This document shows, in pieces, positions 57,016 to 64,000 of a DNA stretch of 64,000 nt. The stretch comes from an uncultured archaeon (GTDB lineage: Archaea > Asgardarchaeota > Thorarchaeia > Thorarchaeales > Thorarchaeaceae). The stretch is from assembly GCA_964610875.1 (NCBI GenBank), contig CAZSWP010000005.1, positions 37,728 to 101,727 on the forward strand. The letters run 5' to 3'. Made by a program: the position numbers and the translations under genes. The stretch's first letter is position 1. Each line of letters begins with the position of its first letter. Under the pieces are notes generated by a model, which saw only the letters and a list, made by a program, of their open reading frames with translations, was not told the origin of the DNA and ran no database searches.

Positions 57016-58382
57016 ACAGAAACCTCCTTCAATTTTGATGATGCAAGTTTTCCGACAACACGACCTGTCGTCAGAGCGACACCCAGACCGCTTTTTTCTA
57101 CAGGATAATTATATCCACAAAGAATGGCACCTGCTGCAAAGACGTTGGTTGAGAACACCTCTCCAGTGACTGTTGTAGGTCTGAACTTGTTATCAAATCC
57201 GATTCCAATTCCAAAAATAGCATGTCCTTCAGATTGTACTGGGACAATTGTAGTTAATCTTCTTGGGGATGTTTCAGACACTAATTCTCTACTTGAATCA
57301 AGAATAGGCAGACCAAATAAGGATTCAAAGAAACTGTGGTCATTGCTAGTGATGCCACCTCCAATGAATTTGCCTGTAGTCAAGATTACACTTTTTGGTC
57401 GAACATGTACTCGTCTTCTAGGACTCTGTAAAGTGATTTTATTTACTTGTTCATCGTTTAGGGTATATTCGACTGCTTCGTGACCGATGAGTAACTTGCC
57501 ACCAGCATTCTTCAAAGCGGACTCAAGAGACCGAAGTAACCTAAATCCAGGAACAGAAGGTGGAAATGACAGTAATTCGAATATCTCAGCACCTGTTTCT
57601 TTCTCTAAATATTCACGAACCGTGATTGAATTTTTCAATCCCATCACAGGAGGAATAGCAACCAGTGTTGCATTTGTCTGTTTTACAGCTTTTTGTAATT
57701 GGTCTGTGAGCGTTTCTAATCCTTCTTCTGTATCAATAAAACGAGCTATTTCAATTGGGGAAATATTGAATTCCTTTCCAAAGGGAGAGCAACTAATCAT
57801 TGTATTGATTATCTTCCTTGGACCCCTTTCTCCTGATATTGTCGAGTCCATCATTGATTTCGCGGCTGCCAAGGCATTATAGGAAGCAAGACCTTTGATT
57901 CCTACGAAAAGCAGAGTTTCATCCTCATTCTCAATTTTTGATGAGTACATTGTTTTCTGGACAAGGCATGTAGGTTTCTTAGTACCAATCTGTGTTAATG
58001 CCATGATATTTTTAGATAGACTACCTTTAACTGCTGCAGGTGTTTTTTCAAGTGTCTTCTTTATCCATTCAATAGACTCTCTTACTGTATCAACAATGAC
58101 TTGTACATCTGTGTGAACCTCAGAGTCAGACACCCCTAGAGTCGAATATGGATGCAACGGGCATAATGCAGAGTATGCGGTTAATCCCTCAATAGAGGTT
58201 AGGAAAGGAGCCTCTCCACCAATCATATACCCTGCCACATCAATGGCTCCTGATGAATCAGCAGTAGAACCTTGACCTTTACGAACAACAAGAGTTTCAA
58301 CACCTTGTTCAGCTGCAGTGATTCCTGCTACAAGCCCAGCCATACCTCCACCGATGACCAGAACGTCAGCGTCTATATCCAT
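57012..58382 (-). CDS. glpB: Anaerobic glycerol-3-phosphate dehydrogenase subunit B
   Basis: VIGGGMAG, SSGAID, PPSVPGFRL, TGKFIGGG, NVFAAG, SGLGVA. Confidence 0.87.
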   Translation of the reverse strand: MDIDADVLVIGGGMAGLVAGITAAEQGVETLVVRKGQGSTADSSGAIDVAGYMIGGEAPFLTSIEGLTAYSALCPLHPYSTLGVSDSEVHTDVQVIVDTVRESIEWIKKTLEKTPAAVKGSLSKNIMALTQIGTKKPTCLVQKTMYSSKIENEDETLLFVGIKGLASYNALAAAKSMMDSTISGERGPRKIINTMISCSPFGKEFNISPIEIARFIDTEEGLETLTDQLQKAVKQTNATLVAIPPVMGLKNSITVREYLEKETGAEIFELLSFPPSVPGFRLLRSLESALKNAGGKLLIGHEAVEYTLNDEQVNKITLQSPRRRVHVRPKSVILTTGKFIGGGITSNDHSFFESLFGLPILDSSRELVSETSPRRLTTIVPVQSEGHAIFGIGIGFDNKFRPTTVTGEVFSTNVFAAGAILCGYNYPVEKSGLGVALTTGRVVGKLASSKLKEVSV

Positions 58383-60035
58383 TTAATTCTCCTCCCATGG
58401 TTTCGTTCGATATCCAATGAATTCGCGATCCAAATTACCCACACAAGCATAGATACCCTGTGAGAGTTCTTCCTGAGCAAGCGCAACTCCTTTGATGGGT
58501 GGTCGCTTTCCTTTCCAGCGTTCTGATAAGTAATCTAGAATTTCCTCTTGCATTTGACTTCCACTTAGTTCTAACTCATCAGCAAGAATTGCAGCTGCTT
58601 TGAAAGTACAGAATGTACCTTGACAGGGTCCAGTACCGAGACGTACTCTTCTTCTAAGATCATTGAGTGTCAGAGGAAATTCATTTCTTATTGAATACCG
58701 CAATTCTGCTTCAAGTACTGGTTCACAGGTACACACAGTGTTAATCCAGTTTGGGTTTTCTTTCGTCAATTCCAGAATTGATTTCGTTTCAGTACCTCTC
58801 CGCGCTCGAAGACGCTCAACCGCATGTTGTGAAACTCCGTGTTCAGAAGCAAGTGAAAGAATGTCAACATCATCTTCATTGCCCGGCAGAGGTTTAATGT
58901 GTGTTTGACATGGAGTGTCATTTCCTAGTTGTTTCGCGACCATATTAGTAACTGCTTCTGCCATGTGGCGGCACATCACTAGTTTGCCACCTACGAAACT
59001 AAAGAACCCTCTGAAACCTTCAGTTTCGTGGTCAATGATCTCATAACCTCTAGTTACATCATCCTCAGGAACTTTCCATTGAGCAATAAGAGGACGTACA
59101 CCTTCCATTGTTCTGATTATTCGTGCTTCTCTTATTTTAGGTACAACCCATTCCATGCTTTTAATCAAATATTCAATTTCATCTTGAGATGCTACAAGTG
59201 TGTCAGGATCATCCCATGTATCAAGAGCAGTTGTACCAAGCAGCGTCGTGTTCTCATGAGGAAATAGATAGATCATCCGTCCATCCACGGCACGTGTTAT
59301 GACTCCGACATTTACAATACGTCTATCAAATATCACATGTGCACCCTTGTTCAATCTTAGTTCGACATTGGCACCAGCTAATTCTCCAATCTGAGTAGCC
59401 CAAGGACCTCCTGCATTAATAACCACTTTTCCGGAGATTTTTTCAATCTCTCCCGTGATTCGATTGAATATTTCAACACCTGTTACTTGGTGATTCTCTA
59501 TAGAAATGGAAATAACCTCAGCATAGGTTTTGATGTCAGCACCATGTTTTCTTGCATCTAAAGCTTGCAGGATGCAAAGTCTGAAAGGATCGATGAAGAA
59601 TTCTTCAAAATACATGCTTGCTATAATTGCTGGATTTAGCATAGGTTCTATTTCGAGAGAGTCTTCTGGTGTTAGAAATAGTACCGGCGGGACATCTCTT
59701 TCAGCTGCACGTTTCGAGTATTCTTCTGCAAAATTACCACCTGTTGAGAGGTCACTCATCTTCAACATTGGTGTTAGAATAGGATTCTTCTCGATGATGT
59801 GTCGTGCGATTCGATTGAAATGAATAACCTCTTCACTGCACATGTCAACAACATTAGGTTCTTCCATGTATTTCAGGCCAGATGAGATCATTCCTGCACA
59901 GGTCCCAACTGTTGCAGAAGCAATGTCATCACGCTCAAGTAAAAGGGTCTTGAGTCCACGTATTGCACAATCTCGAGTGACAGCAGTACCAGTACTTCCT
60001 CCACCAATGACAATAACATCATAGTCAGTCAACAT
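58383..60035 (-). CDS. glpA: Anaerobic glycerol-3-phosphate dehydrogenase subunit A
   Basis: IGGGSTG, RDCAIRG, NAGGPW, GVRPL, GGKL, CTCE, RRRVRLGTGPCQGTFC. Confidence 0.9.
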   Translation of the reverse strand: MLTDYDVIVIGGGSTGTAVTRDCAIRGLKTLLLERDDIASATVGTCAGMISSGLKYMEEPNVVDMCSEEVIHFNRIARHIIEKNPILTPMLKMSDLSTGGNFAEEYSKRAAERDVPPVLFLTPEDSLEIEPMLNPAIIASMYFEEFFIDPFRLCILQALDARKHGADIKTYAEVISISIENHQVTGVEIFNRITGEIEKISGKVVINAGGPWATQIGELAGANVELRLNKGAHVIFDRRIVNVGVITRAVDGRMIYLFPHENTTLLGTTALDTWDDPDTLVASQDEIEYLIKSMEWVVPKIREARIIRTMEGVRPLIAQWKVPEDDVTRGYEIIDHETEGFRGFFSFVGGKLVMCRHMAEAVTNMVAKQLGNDTPCQTHIKPLPGNEDDVDILSLASEHGVSQHAVERLRARRGTETKSILELTKENPNWINTVCTCEPVLEAELRYSIRNEFPLTLNDLRRRVRLGTGPCQGTFCTFKAAAILADELELSGSQMQEEILDYLSERWKGKRPPIKGVALAQEELSQGIYACVGNLDREFIGYRTKPWEEN

Positions 60036-60242
60036 TAAGGTCTCCGTTGTTTTTTGAGGGAAGGATTCGTATGTACATCTTCTTTACTCTGACCCAACTG
60101 CAGATATTCTACAATACAAGGATTTCGGAACGGCGCGAGAAGGACTTTTACTATATACACAAGCTAGATAGATTAAAAGGAGAAATAACCCAGCATCGAG
60201 TAGTCAAGTACACAATAGCAGTACTTGGCATAGGTGAGAACT

Positions 60243-60491
60243 ATGCCCACATACAATTTAGGAACGCTTACAATAATCGACCACGATGTTCCAAAACTGA
60301 CCGATGCACTTGGAGTACCTGAGCACAGGTTTGACGATCTCGTAGATCACGCCCGTCGTGCTTATGATTACGAAGATACAATTTCAGAATCAATTGAATG
60401 GCTGGCACAACGTCTCAATGGGTCCGAGCTTGTTTTAGCTATGGTGTTCTTTGGTCGAATTTGGGAACAAAAGCAGGAAGACAGTCAATAG
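60243..60491 (+). CDS. Small hypothetical protein
   Basis: ATG after AGGTGA; 82 aa. Confidence 0.65.
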   Translation: MPTYNLGTLTIIDHDVPKLTDALGVPEHRFDDLVDHARRAYDYEDTISESIEWLAQRLNGSELVLAMVFFGRIWEQKQEDSQ

Positions 60492-60528
60492 ACTATCTTG
60501 CACATGAGATGAAAGGATAGTGCTTACT

Positions 60529-60552
60529 AGAGGGCGGTAGAAGGCGCCCTCT
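60529..60552. terminator. Hairpin between convergent genes
   Basis: AGAGGGCG-N8-CGCCCTCT. Confidence 0.55.
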
Positions 60553-60564
60553 TGCACGTCTTCA

Positions 60565-62022
60565 CTAGGAAGTTAACTCAATTAACTCACCCAATTCTGC
60601 AACAAGTAATTTATTGAATATACCATATTGCTTTTCGTAAATTGCTACATTTTCTGGGATGGGTTCGCGGCGCTCTTCAACTCGAAACATGTTTGACACG
60701 GCCTCCTCATAACTACCATAGATACCAGTTCCGACCGTCCCTAACATAGCAGCTCCGATAACAGTGGAATCTCTAATTCGTGGAAGCACAGCAGTCTTGT
60801 TTGTACAATCCGCCTGAATCTGTCGCCATAGAGGTGAATTTGCACCACCACCATCAATACGGATTTCGCTGAATTCCATATCTAGAATACCTTCCATCAT
60901 CTGCACATACATCTGGATTCCATATCCATTAGCTTCCATGATGGCACGAGCTACATGAGCACGAGTATGTGAAAATCCAAGATTGTAGATTATGCCTTTG
61001 TTATAAGCCATGAAGGGAAAGACCACTAATCCATCACTTCCTGCAGGAACTGATGCAGCAGACTGTTCCATTAATTCATAGACATCTTTGTCACTCTTTG
61101 CTGCAAGCGCAATCTCTCGTTCACAGTATTGGTCACGGTACCATTTGTATGCAAGTCCCGTACCCGGAATTGCTCCCTCAAGAATCCAACTACCGGGGAT
61201 AGCAGAAGGATTTGAGAACATGACATATGGGTCTTCAATGAATTCATCTGTATGTGTTATCACAAATGTGCCTGTACCTGTAGTCGCTTTCACAATTCCT
61301 GGTTTTATTGTCCCAGTGCCTAAAGCTGAGCACTGTTGGTCTCCCGAACCCATAATAACAGGTGTGCCTTTACGAAGACCCGTAGCTTTAGCTGCCTCCG
61401 GAGTGATATCACCAATCAGTTTGCCGGGATTTACAATTTCTACTAGTTTGTCCATATCAATTCCAGTCAGTTCACACAAAGATTCAGACCATTCTAAGGT
61501 TTCATGGTTGATAGGACCGTATCGTGCATTGGAGGGTTCAGACACCATAGCTCCGCACAATCGGTAGTTTATTAGTGCGTCCAAGTGTACAAACTTGAAT
61601 GAGTCCTCATAGATTTTCGGTCGTTCTTCAATGAACCACATTATCTTGTTTACGGATTTTCTGGGACCAATATGTTCAGCCATCTCTTTGCTCTTTGAAC
61701 TGGAACGGTTGTCAACCCATGTCACTGTTGGTGAGAGCGGATTACCATCTTCATCTATAGGAGTGACACAGTCTCTAGTTGTGGCAATTACAACTGCAAC
61801 AATTGCTTCTGCTAAAGGGGTCGTCTGACTTAATGCCCTCTGCATAGTGTTGCATGATGCTCTCCAAAAGGTATCTGCAAGTTGCTCATGTGTTGAGAGA
61901 GTTCTTGGAATTGGAGGGTATTCCTCATATGCCCTACTGATTTCTTTTCCTTCTTCATTCACTATCACTGAACGAGTGCCAGTTGTTCCAATATCAAATA
62001 CAGCAAAGAGACGGTCTGACAT
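60565..62022 (-). CDS. FGGY-family carbohydrate kinase
   Basis: FDIGTTGTR, WVDNR, GDQQCSALG, TGTG, DGGGANS, IGAA. Confidence 0.92.
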   Translation of the reverse strand: MSDRLFAVFDIGTTGTRSVIVNEEGKEISRAYEEYPPIPRTLSTHEQLADTFWRASCNTMQRALSQTTPLAEAIVAVVIATTRDCVTPIDEDGNPLSPTVTWVDNRSSSKSKEMAEHIGPRKSVNKIMWFIEERPKIYEDSFKFVHLDALINYRLCGAMVSEPSNARYGPINHETLEWSESLCELTGIDMDKLVEIVNPGKLIGDITPEAAKATGLRKGTPVIMGSGDQQCSALGTGTIKPGIVKATTGTGTFVITHTDEFIEDPYVMFSNPSAIPGSWILEGAIPGTGLAYKWYRDQYCEREIALAAKSDKDVYELMEQSAASVPAGSDGLVVFPFMAYNKGIIYNLGFSHTRAHVARAIMEANGYGIQMYVQMMEGILDMEFSEIRIDGGGANSPLWRQIQADCTNKTAVLPRIRDSTVIGAAMLGTVGTGIYGSYEEAVSNMFRVEERREPIPENVAIYEKQYGIFNKLLVAELGELIELTS

Positions 62023-62107
62023 TATATCACCATTAATGATTGTCTTATCTGTAAACGACCTAGCTCGATAAGACTTTACCGACCAAGAGAATTATCAGCA
62101 AGTAATC

Positions 62108-63058
62108 ATGCTAAGATGTGTGACATCTGAATATAACGTCCTTCTTGAGATTGAACCGAGAGTATACTTGCTACGAGGTGCAAACAACGCACGATTCCCA
62201 GAAGCGAATTGTATGCTTCTTGATGATGATGTTCTAACACTAGTGGATGCAGGAGCTAATATCAAACACATAACCAAAGGCCTGAAGACACTTGGACATG
62301 AAATTGAAGATATTGACCGGATTGTACTAACTCACTTTCACATTGACCATAAGGGTCACTCTGAATACATCCGCAATATTTCAGAATGTGAAGTAATTTG
62401 CCATCCACTTGCTGTAAAAGGAGTAGAATCATTCAAAGGAATGGCAGAATATTATGGGATTCAGAATCATCCTCTTTTTGGTAAATGGAAAACAACACTA
62501 AATGAATGGTTACCTCATGTCATTGGTGATTATGATATTACTGGGACCTTTACAGAGGGAAGGTCGATTAACTCTGGTACAATCGATTTGATACCAATTC
62601 ATACACCTGGTCACACGATAGATCATACAGTATTTGGAATCAATGGAACACAGACGCTCTTTCTTGTAGATATAGACCTTACAAAATTCGGACCTTGGTA
62701 CGGAAATGTTGTTAGTGATATTCAGAACTTCAGAACATCCATTGAGAAAATCATGAAACTACAACCAGTAGTTGGGATTAGTAGTCATTTGTTAGAACCT
62801 GTGACTGAAGATTTAGAAATAAATCTCTCCAAGTATCTTCAGATATTTGAAAATAGAGAGAAAGACATTCTTAGTGCAATAGAAGATGGATACAATACTT
62901 TAGAAAAACTTGTACAGCGACCTACAATATACCCTAAGATTCCTAGAGACCTTTACTATGTCTTTGAGGAGTTCATGCTCTTAAAGCACCTAGAAGATCT
63001 TAAAATGCGAAAGATGATTACCATGGATTCCAGTAATCGATTCAAGATAGTTGATTGA
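62108..63058 (+). CDS. Metallo-beta-lactamase-fold hydrolase
   Basis: LVDAG, THFHIDH, HTPGHT, SSH. Confidence 0.88.
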   Translation: MLRCVTSEYNVLLEIEPRVYLLRGANNARFPEANCMLLDDDVLTLVDAGANIKHITKGLKTLGHEIEDIDRIVLTHFHIDHKGHSEYIRNISECEVICHPLAVKGVESFKGMAEYYGIQNHPLFGKWKTTLNEWLPHVIGDYDITGTFTEGRSINSGTIDLIPIHTPGHTIDHTVFGINGTQTLFLVDIDLTKFGPWYGNVVSDIQNFRTSIEKIMKLQPVVGISSHLLEPVTEDLEINLSKYLQIFENREKDILSAIEDGYNTLEKLVQRPTIYPKIPRDLYYVFEEFMLLKHLEDLKMRKMITMDSSNRFKIVD

Positions 63059-63082
63059 CTGCCCCAAGTCAATGGAGCAGTC
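63057..63082. terminator. Imperfect hairpin between convergent genes
   Basis: GACTGCCCCA-AGTCAA-TGGAGCAGTC. Confidence 0.4.
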
Positions 63083-63096
63083 GTTTAGTATTCTAA

Positions 63097-63882
63097 CTAC
63101 TTATGTTTGAATGTCGGTTCTCTCTTCGAGAGAAATGCGTCAACTCCTTCGTCTTTATCTTCTGTATCAAAGACTTCACAGAACCTATCAACTTCGTATT
63201 CTAGATTCTCTTTAATAGGTAGAGTCCATGCGTTATTCAAACTCATCTTACAGAATTTCAAAGCGACACCGGGTTTAGATACTAGTTTCTTAGCAAGTGC
63301 ATGCACACCAATATGTAATGCATCCACCGAATCAAACAACTTGTTTACAAGACCAATTCTATATGCCTCGTCAGCCTTAATCGGATCACCTGTATAAACT
63401 AGTTCTTTTGCTATACCAAGACCCACCAAACGAGGTAGTCTGACAGAGCCGCCAAATCCAGGAATGATACCTAAATTAATCTCAGGTTGTCCAAAACGAG
63501 CATTGGTTGAAGCGTACCGAATATCGCAAGCCATTGCAATCTCACAACCGCCTCCTAATGCGAATCCGTTAATGGCTGCCACCACTGGCTTCGACATTGA
63601 CTCCATATACTTGCATAGCGTCTGACCATTTTCAGCCAATGCACGAACAGTTTTGGAGTTCTTGCCTTTGAATTCCGTTATATCTGCTCCAGCGGCAAAG
63701 GCCTTTTCGCCAGCACCAGTAAGAATCACAACTCGAATCGAATCGTCTTCTTCTGCTTGTTTGAATTTCTCTCTGAGAGATTCTACCACAGAGATATTGA
63801 GTGCATTATACTTACTTGGGCGATTTATCGTGATTTTTGCAATACCTTCATTGACTTCATAGAGAACTTCTTCTTCTGACAT
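63097..63882 (-). CDS. Enoyl-CoA hydratase (crotonase)
   Basis: AFAAGADI, GFALGGGCE, FGQPEINLGIIPG (both catalytic Glu present). Confidence 0.93.
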   Translation of the reverse strand: MSEEEVLYEVNEGIAKITINRPSKYNALNISVVESLREKFKQAEEDDSIRVVILTGAGEKAFAAGADITEFKGKNSKTVRALAENGQTLCKYMESMSKPVVAAINGFALGGGCEIAMACDIRYASTNARFGQPEINLGIIPGFGGSVRLPRLVGLGIAKELVYTGDPIKADEAYRIGLVNKLFDSVDALHIGVHALAKKLVSKPGVALKFCKMSLNNAWTLPIKENLEYEVDRFCEVFDTEDKDEGVDAFLSKREPTFKHK

Positions 63883-64000
63883 TTTGTTCTCCTCCTATCG
63901 AACAAGGCGAATCATTCTCGGTCCTAAATAAGGATTCCCAGAGTATTGGCTCTGTAGAATAATACAAGAATTTAGAGGCGAATTGGCCACGTCACATGAT

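Noticed and set aside
1-64000. CRISPR array, rRNA, tRNA, transposase or integrase
   Set aside because: No regularly spaced repeats, cloverleafs or recombinase motifs seen by eye

Overview
Gene-dense archaeal chromosome segment, most likely from an Asgard archaeon (Thorarchaeia-like). This is inferred from archaeal-type genes (PAC2, PDCD5, COG2517) together with eukaryote-signature-like proteins (longin, E2F/DP-like, presenilin-type, SNAP-like) and frequent GTG/TTG starts behind GGAGG/AGGTGA sites. I see no rRNA, tRNA, CRISPR array or transposase. Ordinary content: a split oligopeptide ABC transporter (oppA/C/B/C at 1-8.5 kb, oppD/F at 26.5-28.5 kb), membrane proteases with an SPFH-NfeD pair, housekeeping genes, and a glpABC / AGPS-like / FGGY kinase / ALDH / crotonase catabolic cluster. 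Main highlights: (1) a repeated, apparently uncharacterised amidohydrolase + Cdc48-N-domain-vWA module, present as an intact gene pair (9.1-12 kb), a catalytically dead fusion (28.8-31.4 kb) and a further paralog in a vWA operon (31.4-35.1 kb), near a 1141-aa GCS2-type ligase with Ig-like repeats; (2) an E2F/DP-like protein with the RRxYD motif, a coiled coil and a marked-box-like tail; (3) two oppC paralogs sharing a 596-bp identical block but with divergent extracellular inserts, plus a third decayed copy; (4) probable non-canonical start codons in two vWA genes. All family calls come from motifs read by eye; no searches were run.
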